Shown here: positions 24,837 through 33,618 of the stretch, piece by piece | Layout: each line of letters opens with the position of its first letter | Position numbering within the stretch: position 1 is the stretch's first letter | Source of the DNA: Thermoanaerobaculia bacterium | GTDB taxonomy: Bacteria; Acidobacteriota; Thermoanaerobaculia; UBA5066; Gp7-AA6 | Length of the DNA: 61,574 nt | Assembly: GCA_033853815.1 (NCBI GenBank) | Contig: JAWOLE010000065.1 | Coordinates: 1 to 61,574 of the forward strand | Reading direction: 5' to 3' | Position numbers and translations under genes: made by a program | The notes under the pieces: model-generated | Databases searched by the model: none | What the model was told of the DNA's origin: nothing | What the model saw: the letters and a program-made list of their open reading frames with translations, nothing else

Positions 24837-24872
24837 GCGCCCGGCGTCCCGCTCCTGAGCGGGGCCGGGCGC
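24837..24872 (+). terminator. Strong GC hairpin after paralog A (no U-tract)
   Basis: GCGCCCGGC-gt-CCCGCT-cctg-AGCGGG-g-GCCGGGCGC, 19 nt after the stop codon. Confidence 0.45.
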
Positions 24873-24905
24873 GGGATTGCCCTACACAAGAACTCCAACA
24901 GCAGG

Positions 24906-25457
24906 ATGTTCAGTCACAGGATCATCCCTGCCCTGGCATCCGTCGGCCTCGGGTGCGGAATTCTCTTCACCACGCCGCTGGCGCGCGAGATCTATTCCGG
25001 CATGTCGAGACCCCGCACACTGTCCTTCTCCTCGCCGCCTTCCACTCCGCCTCCACCTCGGGGCGAACTCGTCGCCCGTCTGACGGTCTCCCGTCTCGCG
25101 CTCGATTCCGCCGTCCTCGAAGGACTCGAGGCGGGGACGCTCGCGAAGGGAGCGGGCCACGTGCCCGGCACGGCCCTTCCGGGGGAGGAGAAGGCCGCGC
25201 GCCCGTCTCTGATCGCCTTCGCACGCGGCCGCACGGCCTCGGAGATCGCCGGACTGCGGCTGGGCGACCACGTGCGTCTGACGAGCGCTCGCGGGCCGCG
25301 GCGCTACCGGGTCGTCGAACGGCGGATCGAGGAAGCGCGGCATCTGCGCCTCGATGAGGCTTCAGGCGGCCGCGTGACGCTCATCGCGCCCTTCCCGCCC
25401 GATTTTCCCGGCCCGGCTCCGATGCGCCTCGCCGTCGTGCTGAAAGGACGGGACTGA
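24906..25457 (+). CDS. Sortase-fold protein lacking the catalytic His and Cys (pseudo-sortase)
   Basis: N-terminal anchor and GAGHVPGTALPGE. The His block reads SLIAFARGR, the Cys block VTLIAPFPPDF, and the Arg block APMRLAVV is retained. Alignment to canonical IAGH / TLxTC / R blocks was done by eye. Confidence 0.72.
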   Translation: MFSHRIIPALASVGLGCGILFTTPLAREIYSGMSRPRTLSFSSPPSTPPPPRGELVARLTVSRLALDSAVLEGLEAGTLAKGAGHVPGTALPGEEKAARPSLIAFARGRTASEIAGLRLGDHVRLTSARGPRRYRVVERRIEEARHLRLDEASGGRVTLIAPFPPDFPGPAPMRLAVVLKGRD

Positions 25458-25588
25458 GCGTCCTCTCGCGCGTCCACATCTCGCACGCTCTGCGCCTCTT
25501 GAGCGATTCTCCCGGCTGAATTGATGCATTCGGGTCATGGCCGACGGGGCCGCGGCGTGCATACTGGATCCGTCGAAAGGGAGGAGTT

Positions 25589-26215
25589 ATGAGGAGAAAA
25601 TCTCTGGGAATTGTCATCGCGGCCTCCTTACTGGCGACCGGCGTGGCCCTTGGCCAGCGCGCCGACCAGAATACGGGAGGGCCGACCAAGAACACGCTCG
25701 GGATGAAGGTTGTCGAGCCCGTCGAGGGCGCCATGATCACGGGGGACACGATCCGTGTAGCGGTGGGCTACAACACGGAGAATTTCGCGGTTGGACAGGG
25801 CACGCGCTTCGGCGAGCCCAACTACCCGCAGCCCCGTTTTGACGTCTACGTGGACAACGTGCTCAAGACGACCCTGAAGGGCACCGAATCCAACGTGGCC
25901 ACCATTTCGGGAGTCTCCCCCGGCAGTCACAAGATCGTCGTGGTCGCCTTGAACGTCAGCGGCGAGGTGATCGACCGCAAGGAGATCGAGGTCCAAACCG
26001 TGCCCGTGGTCGCCGAGAAGGCCATCGAGCCGGCGAAGCCGGAACCGGTGGCGGTAGCGCCCGCTCCGCCCCCTCCGGCGCCTGTCGCGGCGGAACCGCC
26101 TCCGATCGCCGAGGAAAAGGCCCTTCCGAAGACGGCTTCTCCGTATGCCGCGCTCGCGCTGGCCGGCGCCGCTCTCCTGACGACCGGTCTGCTTCTTGCC
26201 CGCAAGGTGCGGTAG
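25589..26215 (+). CDS. Secreted Ig-like surface protein with LPKTAS sorting signal (paralog B)
   Basis: GGGAGGAG RBS. Paralog of 24186..24818 (ADQNTGGPTKNTL, PQPRFDVYxDN, LKGTESN, ALNVSGEVIDRKE). C-terminus LPKTAS-PYAALALAGAALLTTGLLLA-RKVR. Confidence 0.8.
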   Translation: MRRKSLGIVIAASLLATGVALGQRADQNTGGPTKNTLGMKVVEPVEGAMITGDTIRVAVGYNTENFAVGQGTRFGEPNYPQPRFDVYVDNVLKTTLKGTESNVATISGVSPGSHKIVVVALNVSGEVIDRKEIEVQTVPVVAEKAIEPAKPEPVAVAPAPPPPAPVAAEPPPIAEEKALPKTASPYAALALAGAALLTTGLLLARKVR

Positions 26216-26241
26216 AGCCCGGCGCAAGCGCCTCCCCCTTT

Positions 26242-26278
26242 GCGCCCGGTCCGCGACAGGCCGGGCGCGTTTCTGTTT
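26242..26278 (+). terminator. Intrinsic-terminator-like hairpin with T-rich tail after paralog B
   Basis: GCGCCCGG (26242-26249) / CCGGGCGC (26261-26268) followed by GTTTCTGTTT. Confidence 0.6.
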
Positions 26279-26327
26279 GAGCCTGCCTGGTAGCGAGGAT
26301 TCGCCGCGGCCGGGCGACTGCTCTTCG

Positions 26328-27668
26328 TCAGCCGATGAACTCGAGGAAATCCGCCACGCGCTCGACCGGACGGACGGAGAGGTCCGGGAATTTCGCGGCC
26401 TCACCCGCATCGCCGGAGGGAACGTAGAGGGTCCGAAAGCCCATCGCCGCCACCTCCTTGAACCGCGAACCCGCCGCCGGCACCCGCCGGACTTCGCCCA
26501 GAAGCCCGATCTCGCCGAAACAAACGGAGTCGCCCGGTATGGCCCGGCGCCGGGCCGATGAAACCAGGGCCGCAACGACCGCGAGGTCCGCAGCCGGCTC
26601 GGCGGTCTCGAGGCCGCCGGCGCAGGACACGAAGACCTCGCGCGAGGAGAGCGGGAGTCCCGCGCCCTCGAGCACGGCGAGCAGAAGCGCGAGCCGCCCG
26701 GCATCGACTCCGATCGCCACGCGCCGGGGCGAGCCGGCCGCCGAGGGTCCGACCAGGGCCTGGATCTCCACCAGCAGGCAGCGGGAGCCCTCGCGCGTGG
26801 CCGTCACGGCGCTTCCGGGAAGCCCCTGGCGCCGTCCGGAGAGGAGCGCCGCCGAGGGGTTGGCGAGCTCTGCCAGGCCTTCCCCGGTCATGTCATAGAG
26901 GGCGAGCTCGTCCACCGGCCCGAATCGGTTCTTCGTCGCGCGCAGGACGCGGCGCATAGACGTCCGCTCTCCTTCCAGCGTGATCACGGTATCCACCAGG
27001 TGCTCGAGGGATTTGGGGCCGGCGAGGCTTCCGTCCTTCGTGACGTGGCCGATCAGGATCACCGGAACCCCATGGGTCTTGGCGCAGCGAAGCAGAACGG
27101 AGGCGCACTCGCGCACCTGGGAGACGGTGCCGGCGGCCGAAGAGAGGGCGGGCTCCTGGACGGCCTGGATCGAATCGACTATGAGAAGGGCCGGCCGCCG
27201 CCGGACGGTGCCGGAGACAATCCTCTCGACGTCGGTCTCCGCGACGAGCAGCAGATCCTCCTCGGCGACTCCGAGCCGCGCGCCGCGCATCCGGACCTGC
27301 GCGGCCGACTCCTCGGCCGTCGCATAGAGGACTTCGCCGACCCGCGCCGCGACGGCGCGGGCGACCTGCAGGAGGAACGTGGACTTGCCGACCCCCGGCT
27401 CCCCGCCGATCAGCACGACCGAGCCCGGCACGAGGCCCCCGCCGAGCACCCTGTCGAGCCCGGGCAGCCCGGTCGCGACCCGGGCCTCCTCGCCGCCGGG
27501 GAGAGCGGTGATCGGAAGCGGGGGCGTCTCCTGCGACGAGGCGGCCCTCTCCCCGTGGGCTTCCTCCACGTAGCTGTTCCATTCACCGCACTCCGGGCAG
27601 CGTCCGAGCCACTTGGGCGAGGACGCCCCGCAGGACTGGCAGGCGAAGACCGTCGTCACTCTAACCAT
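26328..27668 (-). CDS. radA: DNA repair protein RadA/Sms
   Basis: Zinc ribbon CQSCGASSPKWLGRCPECGEWNS, GGEPGVGKST, KNRFG, Lon-like C-terminal domain. Confidence 0.95.
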   Translation of the reverse strand: MVRVTTVFACQSCGASSPKWLGRCPECGEWNSYVEEAHGERAASSQETPPLPITALPGGEEARVATGLPGLDRVLGGGLVPGSVVLIGGEPGVGKSTFLLQVARAVAARVGEVLYATAEESAAQVRMRGARLGVAEEDLLLVAETDVERIVSGTVRRRPALLIVDSIQAVQEPALSSAAGTVSQVRECASVLLRCAKTHGVPVILIGHVTKDGSLAGPKSLEHLVDTVITLEGERTSMRRVLRATKNRFGPVDELALYDMTGEGLAELANPSAALLSGRRQGLPGSAVTATREGSRCLLVEIQALVGPSAAGSPRRVAIGVDAGRLALLLAVLEGAGLPLSSREVFVSCAGGLETAEPAADLAVVAALVSSARRRAIPGDSVCFGEIGLLGEVRRVPAAGSRFKEVAAMGFRTLYVPSGDAGEAAKFPDLSVRPVERVADFLEFIG

Positions 27669-27669
27669 G

Positions 27670-27763
27670 GCAGACGGGGCCGGAAGACGGTAGACGGAAG
27701 ATGGCAGACGTACGGGACACCGAATCTGGCTCTTTCGTCGCGCCTCTCCCGTCTTCCGTCTCC
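27670..27763. repeat. Heptamer array GAAGACG-type x4 (27683-27710, plus one unit at 27670) and complementary CGTCTYC x2 (27750-27763)
   Basis: gaagacg gtagacg gaagatg gcagacg ... cgtcttc cgtctcc, between the mlaD-like stop and the radA start. Confidence 0.85.
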
Positions 27764-27770
27764 CGGCTCC

Positions 27771-29216
27771 TCACGGGCGGATCGGGGAGCCAGCGAGCAG
27801 GTACTTGATGTCGTCGTCGGTCCAGCGCACGCCGGCGCCGAAGAAGATGGAGTCGGCGCCCCGCGAGCGGTTCAGGAGATCGTCCCAGCCTCCGGTCACG
27901 AACACGGAGGGAGAAAAGTAGTACCGGCCCGCGATCTTGGCGTGGGCGGAAAAGTTGGGATGATTGAAGTCCCAGATGTCGGCGGAGAAGCGGAGACGAT
28001 CTTTGAGGAGCTTGTAGTCGAGCCCCGCCCCGCCGGTCGATTCGATGACGCCCGCCCGCAGGGCGAGGTCCTTCCAGCGCCACCCGAAGAGCGCCGAGAA
28101 CGCGAAGTCGTACTTGTAGTCCTGCTTGTCGACCAGGAAGGCCTCCGTGTGGCCGTCCGGGAACGTCACGGTGTAGGTCGTCGTGTCCTGGACCCTCCGG
28201 CCGAACGGCTCGCTCATCAGCTCGACCCGGTAGAAGCGGGGCGAGTCCGGAGGCTCGATGTCCAGCGTCATGTAACCCTTCCCCTTGTTGAAGCGCGTCA
28301 GAAGCTCCGAGCGAACGCCCAGGTCGAACTTCGTCTTCTGCACCCGCCCGAAGGTCTTGTTGAGCGTCCCCACCCCTTCCTTGACGGCGACGAGAGCGTC
28401 GTTCAGGTTCTTGTGCGTCTCCTCGCTCTCGACGAGCTTGCCGACCGTCCCCTTGCCTTCGCGGATCCGGGTTGTGATGTCGCTCAAGTTATCGGCCGTC
28501 GTCACGAGTTTCTGCGAGACCTCCTTGATGTTCGCGATCCCCTGCGTGACGTTGTTCTGGTTGGCCTGAACGAGTTTGTCCAGGCGGTCCACCAGCTGCG
28601 TCATTCCCTCGGTGAAATCGCGCAGGTTCCCGATCGTCGCGTCCACGTTGCCGCGGTTGGAGGCGACCATCGTTCGGAGGTCCTCGGTGATGACGCGCAC
28701 GTTCTCGACGATCGTGTCGAGTTTCTTCTCCCCCTCCGGCCCCCCGATCGCCTGGTTCAGGTTTTTCGTGATGTCCTTGATGTCCAGTTCGATGTCCCGG
28801 GCGAGCCTGGTGATCTGGTCGAAGCTGACGGGGACGTCGCCCTTGAGGGTTGTCCCTTCCGGCAATTCCGGCGCCCCGACCGGTCCCGGCACGAGCTCGA
28901 CGTACTTCTCGCCGAGCAGGCCCAGGTTCGCGACGGAGGCCGAGGCTCCCTGGCGCAGCTCGACGTCCCGGTCGAGGTCCATGTCCACGATCGCGTGTCC
29001 GTCCGGGGCCAGCCGGATCCGCGCCACCTTCCCCACGCGCACCCCGGCCAGGCGCACGGTGGACTTGGCGTCCAGGCCCGCGACGTCTTTGAAGTCGACC
29101 GAGATCCTCTTGGCCGGCCCGCGCCCCAGCCGCAGATCCTCGATCCGCCAGATCAGGATCCCCGCGAGGATCAGGACCACCAGGAAAAACCCTCCGACCT
29201 TTGCCGCCGTGCTCAT
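27771..29216 (-). CDS. MCE/MlaD-family protein with long helical region and C-terminal beta-rich domain
   Basis: N-terminal TM, MCE domain (ISVDFKDVAGLDAKSTVRLAGVRVGKVARIRL), then about 200 aa of helical repeats, then about 170 aa of Tyr/Phe/Gly-rich sequence. Confidence 0.85.
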   Translation of the reverse strand: MSTAAKVGGFFLVVLILAGILIWRIEDLRLGRGPAKRISVDFKDVAGLDAKSTVRLAGVRVGKVARIRLAPDGHAIVDMDLDRDVELRQGASASVANLGLLGEKYVELVPGPVGAPELPEGTTLKGDVPVSFDQITRLARDIELDIKDITKNLNQAIGGPEGEKKLDTIVENVRVITEDLRTMVASNRGNVDATIGNLRDFTEGMTQLVDRLDKLVQANQNNVTQGIANIKEVSQKLVTTADNLSDITTRIREGKGTVGKLVESEETHKNLNDALVAVKEGVGTLNKTFGRVQKTKFDLGVRSELLTRFNKGKGYMTLDIEPPDSPRFYRVELMSEPFGRRVQDTTTYTVTFPDGHTEAFLVDKQDYKYDFAFSALFGWRWKDLALRAGVIESTGGAGLDYKLLKDRLRFSADIWDFNHPNFSAHAKIAGRYYFSPSVFVTGGWDDLLNRSRGADSIFFGAGVRWTDDDIKYLLAGSPIRP

Positions 29217-29234
29217 GCGCCCCTCCCCATGAAT

Positions 29235-30044
29235 TCAACGGACCAGGACTTCGGACTCTCGCGTCAGGGGACCCTTCGCGGTCCCCTCGACGAACTGCCG
29301 CACGGCGGGTTCCTCGGCCCGAAGGAACTGCTCCGGCGGAGCGTCGTACAGGATCTTTCCGCCGAAGAGCAGAGCGACCCGGTCGCCGATCTTCCGCGCG
29401 CTCTCCATATGGTGCGTGATCGTCACGATCGTGGGCTTCATCTTCTCGCGCATCTCCAGGATGACCTCATCGATGATGTCGGTCATGATGGGGTCGAGGC
29501 CGGTGTTGGGCTCGTCGAACAGGAGGATCTCGGGCTCGTGCGCGATCGCCCGGGCGAAACCGACCCGGCGCCGCATGCCGCCGGACAGCTCGGAGGTGCG
29601 CTTCTCCTCGACGTTGGGCAGATGGACGATTTCCAGGCATTCCCGCACGCGCTCGCGAACCTCTCCCGGCGGCCGCCCCGAGCGGCGCAGCGGAAAGGCG
29701 ATGTTGTCGAAGACCGACATCGAGTCGAAGAGCGCGCCTTCCTGAAAGGACATGCCGAACTTCTTGCGGACCCCGTTGCGCTCGACGTGGGAGAGCGCCC
29801 ACAGGTCCTTTCCGACGACGAAGACCTTTCCGGAGTCGGGCTTCAGGAGGCCAATCAAGTGCTTCAAGAGGACGCTCTTGCCGGTCCCGGACGGTCCCAC
29901 GACCACGAGGGATTCCCCCGGCGCGACCGCGAAGGAAATACCGTCCAGGACGACCTTGCCGCCGAAGGATTTCCGCAGGTCCTCGACGCGCAGCTTGGGC
30001 TGGGTCGTGTCCGGAGAGGGAGTCGGCGACAACCTGGCTTCCAT
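29235..30044 (-). CDS. MlaF-like ABC transporter ATP-binding protein
   Basis: GPSGTGKSVLLK, LSGGMRRRVGFARA, LLFDEP. Confidence 0.9.
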   Translation of the reverse strand: MEARLSPTPSPDTTQPKLRVEDLRKSFGGKVVLDGISFAVAPGESLVVVGPSGTGKSVLLKHLIGLLKPDSGKVFVVGKDLWALSHVERNGVRKKFGMSFQEGALFDSMSVFDNIAFPLRRSGRPPGEVRERVRECLEIVHLPNVEEKRTSELSGGMRRRVGFARAIAHEPEILLFDEPNTGLDPIMTDIIDEVILEMREKMKPTIVTITHHMESARKIGDRVALLFGGKILYDAPPEQFLRAEEPAVRQFVEGTAKGPLTRESEVLVR

Positions 30045-30047
30045 CGG

Positions 30048-30830
30048 TCAGTACAGGAGCTTGGTCAGGAAGAAGTCCGACACGAGCACCGAGAGGCTCC
30101 CGGAGACGACGGCGCTCGTCGTCGAGCGGCCCACGCCCTCAGCCCCTCCGGTCGTGTAGTACCCGCGCACGCACGCGATCAGCGAGAAGATCAGACCGAA
30201 GACGGCGGCTTTGATGACGCCCGAGACGATGTCGTCCTTGACGTGCAGGTACTGGAAGGAGTTGTCCAGATAGGCGACGGGGTTCGCTCCGAGGAGCTGT
30301 ACGGCCACGAAATACCCGCCGTAAATCCCCACCGCGTCTCCCAGGATCACCAGCAGCGGCAGCATCGCGATCGAGGCCCCGACGCGCGGCACCATCAGGT
30401 ACTGGACCGGTTCGGTCGCCAGGGCGGTCAGGGCGTCGATCTGCTCGGTGACCCGCATCGTGCCGAGCTCCGCCGCCATCGCGCTGCCCACGCGGCCCGT
30501 CACCATCAATGCGGTCAGGACCGGGGAGAGCTCGCGCGTCAGCGAAAGCGCGACGACGCTGCCGACGAGGTTCTGGGCGTGAAAGCGCGCGAAGCCGTTA
30601 AAGGTCTGGAGCGCGAGCACCATGCCGGTGAAGAGCGTCGTGAGGAAGACCACGGGGATCGAGTCGTATCCCACGCGGACCATCTGCCGGAGCAGCTCCG
30701 GGACATCGTAGGGGGGCCGCACGGCCCACGTCGCGACCCGGCCGAGCATGGAAAAGAAATGCCCGATCTCCTCGAGGACCCGCAGGACGAAATGACCCAG
30801 GCCTTCGAGAAACTTCGTTACGGGGTGCAT
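30048..30830 (-). CDS. MlaE-like ABC transporter permease
   Basis: Multi-TM protein with the ELGTMRVTEQIDAL block. ATG at 30830 (MHPVTKFLEG) overlaps the alr end by 13 nt. Confidence 0.85.
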   Translation of the reverse strand: MHPVTKFLEGLGHFVLRVLEEIGHFFSMLGRVATWAVRPPYDVPELLRQMVRVGYDSIPVVFLTTLFTGMVLALQTFNGFARFHAQNLVGSVVALSLTRELSPVLTALMVTGRVGSAMAAELGTMRVTEQIDALTALATEPVQYLMVPRVGASIAMLPLLVILGDAVGIYGGYFVAVQLLGANPVAYLDNSFQYLHVKDDIVSGVIKAAVFGLIFSLIACVRGYYTTGGAEGVGRSTTSAVVSGSLSVLVSDFFLTKLLY

Positions 30831-31963
30831 GTTCTCGCAACGCGCGAGCCGATCCCACAGAGGATCTCGTAGGGAATCGTGCCGGCCGCGCGCGCCAGGT
30901 CCCAGGCCGTCACGCGGCGCGGGCCCACCGAGCCCAGGCACACGACCGGGTCCCCGGGCACCGCGCCGCATTCGGTCGCATCCACGAGCGTCAGGTCCAT
31001 GCTCACCGCACCGACGATCGGCGCCTCCACCTCTCGCAACAACACGGAAACCCTAGAGGAAAACGATCTTCGAAGGCCGTCATGATAGCCGATCGGAAGG
31101 ACCGCGATCGTGGACGGCCGGCGAGTGACGAAGGAGCCGCCGTAGCCGAGCGGCGTGCCGGCGGAGACCTCTTTGACGGAAAGGACGCGCGTCGTGAGAG
31201 TCATGGCCGGCTCGAGCCCCTCCGCGTCCTCGGAATCCCACGGGGGCACGCCGTAGAGAGCGATTCCCGGACGAACGGCGTCGAAGGCGGACTCCGGATG
31301 CGCGAGGACCCCGGCGGAATTGGCCAGGTGGACGAGCCCGGTCGGAACGCCCGCCTCCGCCAGCGCCGCCACGAGCTGGCGGAAGAGGCGAATCTGGGAG
31401 GCGGTCGCCGCGGGCGAACGCTTCTCGGCCGATGCGAGGTGCGAGAAGACCCCGGCGACGGCAAGGCCCGGGGCCGAACGCAGAAGGGAGACGAGGTCCG
31501 GCAGCTGCTCGGGCAGGAACCCCAGGCGCCCCAGGCCGGTATCGAGCTTGAGATGCACGGAAAGCCTCGTGCCGCCCCGGCCGGCGGCCTCGGCGAACTC
31601 TCGGGCCTGCGCCATGTCGTAGAGCGCCGGCGTCAGCCCGTAGCCGCGGCAGATCGGCAGGTCGGCGACCTCGCAGAAATTCAGGAGAAGGATCTCGCCG
31701 CGGACCCCGGCGCGCCTCAGCTCCATCCCCTCCTGCGCGTCGGCCAACGCGAACCGGCGCGCGCCCTGCCCTTCCAGATGCCGCGCCACCGCGGCGGCGC
31801 CGTGCCCGTACGCGTCGGCCTTCAAGACCGGGATCAAGGCGACGCCCTGCGGGACCCTGCCTTCGAGCAGACGGTAGTTACGGGCGATGGATTCCAGGGA
31901 GATCAACGCCCGCGAACGCCTCGAGGGAGGCCACGATTCGGAAGCCTGCAGTTCGGAATTCAA
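30818..31963 (-). CDS. alr: Alanine racemase (start uncertain)
   Basis: VLKADAYGHGA PLP-lysine block and ISLESIARNY N-terminal block. Candidate TTG starts at 31963 or 31906. The track GTG start at 32002 lies inside a repeat element. Confidence 0.85.
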   Translation of the reverse strand: MNSELQASESWPPSRRSRALISLESIARNYRLLEGRVPQGVALIPVLKADAYGHGAAAVARHLEGQGARRFALADAQEGMELRRAGVRGEILLLNFCEVADLPICRGYGLTPALYDMAQAREFAEAAGRGGTRLSVHLKLDTGLGRLGFLPEQLPDLVSLLRSAPGLAVAGVFSHLASAEKRSPAATASQIRLFRQLVAALAEAGVPTGLVHLANSAGVLAHPESAFDAVRPGIALYGVPPWDSEDAEGLEPAMTLTTRVLSVKEVSAGTPLGYGGSFVTRRPSTIAVLPIGYHDGLRRSFSSRVSVLLREVEAPIVGAVSMDLTLVDATECGAVPGDPVVCLGSVGPRRVTAWDLARAAGTIPYEILCGIGSRVARTCTP

Positions 31964-31996
31964 GCGCCCAAGGCTAGCAGGTCTCAAGCGGCACTG

Positions 31997-32080
31997 CCCC
32001 ACTTCGTTCGCGGCGCGCGTAGTCTCAACTCTCGTATCCGAAACTCTCGGCGCCGGTCGCGCAGCGACCGCCCGCGCCGA
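31997..32080 (+). repeat. Family-1 element, copy c (modules M1+M2)
   Basis: CCCCACTTCGTTCGCGGCGCGCGTAGTCTC + AACTCTCGTATCCGAAACTCTCGGCGCCGGTCGCGCAGCGACCGCCCGCGCCG. Ends 3 nt before the dnaB stop. Confidence 0.9.
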
Positions 32081-32083
32081 CAG

Positions 32084-33457
32084 CTAGAACGGTTGCTGGT
32101 CCGAGCCGCCCGGCTCGCGAGCCTCAGGCGTGTAGTTGCGGAAGGTCATGTGGTCGGGCAGGAAGACGAGCTCGAAGTCGCCGATCGGTCCGTTGCGCTG
32201 CTTGGCGATGATCACGTCGGCGATCCCCTTGCGATCCGTGTTGCGGTCGTAGATCTCCTCGCGGTAGAGCATGATGACGACGTCGGCGTCCTGTTCGAGG
32301 GAACCGGAGTCGCGAAGGTCGGACAGCTGGGGCTTGCGCTGGTCCCCCTTGCGCTGTTCCGGCTGCCGGGAAAGCTGGGAGAGCGCCACGACCGGCACCT
32401 TCAATTCCTTGGCGAGCAGTTTCAGGCCGCGCGAGATCTGTGAGACCTCCTGCGTGCGGTTGTCGAACCGCCCGTGTCCGGCCATCAGCTGCAGATAGTC
32501 CACGATGATCAGGTCCAGGCCCTTCTCGCGTTTGAGGCGTTGCGCCTTGGCGCGCATCATCGGGACGGTCAATCCCGCGCTGTCGTCGACGAAGAAGTTC
32601 GCGCCGGTGATCGTCGTCTGAGCGAGCACGAGCCGCCCGATCGCCTCCTTCGAGGCGTACCCGTCGCGCACCTTCTTGGCGTCCACGTCCGCCTCCGAGC
32701 AGAGGACGCGGAACCCGAGCTGCTCCGTGGACATCTCGAGCGAGAAGAAGCCCACGGATTTCCTCTCGTGCAGCGCGGCGTACTGTCCGATGTTCAGGGC
32801 GAGCGAGGTCTTGCCGACCGAGGGGCGCGCGGCCAGGATGATGAGGTCGGACATCTGGAGCCCCGAGGTCAGGCGGTCGAGCTCCGTGAACCCCGTCGCC
32901 AGACCCGAGAGCATCCCCTGCCGGGCGCGGGCGTCCTCGATCACCTCGAGGTTGTGCCGGACGATCTTGCCGATCGGCGTGAAGGCCTCCCGCACGGAGT
33001 CGTCGGCGATCTCGAAGATCTCGCCGGTGACGTCGTTCAAGAGGTCCTCGGCCGTCTTCTCCTGGGTGAGACCGTCGCGCACGATCCGCTGACCGGCGCG
33101 GATCAACCGGCGCAAGGTCGCTTTTTCCTTGACGATCCGCGCGTAGTGCTCGACGTTGCCGATATCCGGCACCCCGTCGAGCAGCCACGAGAGGTAGGCG
33201 GCGTCCGCCGCTTCCGCGCCGCCGGCGTTTAGCTCTTCGTTGAGCGTCAGCAGATCGATCTCGGCGGAACGCAGGAACAGATTGAGCATCCCCCGGTAGA
33301 TCCGCTGGTGCTTGTCGCTGTAGAAGCCCTCCTCCGACGGCAGGATCGGCACGACGCGAGAGATCGCGGCCGGATCGAGCAGCACCGAGCCCAGGACGGC
33401 GCGCTCCGCCTCGGCATTTTGAGGCAAGCCTTTATCGGCGACGGCTTCTTCGAGCAT
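32084..33457 (-). CDS. dnaB: Replicative DNA helicase DnaB
   Basis: GLATGFTELD, ILAARPSVGKTS Walker A, IIVDYLQLM, VPVVALSQLSR. No intein. Confidence 0.95.
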   Translation of the reverse strand: MLEEAVADKGLPQNAEAERAVLGSVLLDPAAISRVVPILPSEEGFYSDKHQRIYRGMLNLFLRSAEIDLLTLNEELNAGGAEAADAAYLSWLLDGVPDIGNVEHYARIVKEKATLRRLIRAGQRIVRDGLTQEKTAEDLLNDVTGEIFEIADDSVREAFTPIGKIVRHNLEVIEDARARQGMLSGLATGFTELDRLTSGLQMSDLIILAARPSVGKTSLALNIGQYAALHERKSVGFFSLEMSTEQLGFRVLCSEADVDAKKVRDGYASKEAIGRLVLAQTTITGANFFVDDSAGLTVPMMRAKAQRLKREKGLDLIIVDYLQLMAGHGRFDNRTQEVSQISRGLKLLAKELKVPVVALSQLSRQPEQRKGDQRKPQLSDLRDSGSLEQDADVVIMLYREEIYDRNTDRKGIADVIIAKQRNGPIGDFELVFLPDHMTFRNYTPEAREPGGSDQQPF

Positions 33458-33481
33458 CAGAACATTGGATTGACCGATGCT

Positions 33482-33618
33482 TTATCCAGGACATTTGCCA
33501 GTCAACGGACCGCAGGAGAATCCGCAACTTTTCCACATCCGGTTCGCCATGACGCAACGAGCGGAAAAAATATTTTTGACCTCCTTTCCACAGCACTACC
33601 AGTCTCGGCTGTGGAAGG
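33482..33618. promoter_or_regulatory. Cluster of DnaA-box-like 9-mers plus an AT-rich tract upstream of dnaB
   Basis: TTATCCAGG (33482-33490), TTTTCCACA (33529-33537), CTTTCCACA (33584-33592), TGTGGAAGG (33610-18, reverse complement CCTTCCACA), compared with consensus TTATCCACA. GGAAAAAATATTTTTGAC at 33563-33580. Confidence 0.35.

Noticed and set aside
27000-30872. Very long ORFs on the strand opposite to real genes: 1290 aa here, 1479 aa at 42947..47386, 774 aa at 21742..24066, and the 757-aa and 630-aa N-terminal extensions at 1939..4212 and 12487..14379.
   Set aside because: Their translations are Arg/Gly/Pro/Ala-rich low-complexity strings with no motifs. They lie antisense to, or upstream in frame of, ORFs with unmistakable family signatures. 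Long spurious ORFs are expected in DNA this GC-rich because stop triplets are rare.
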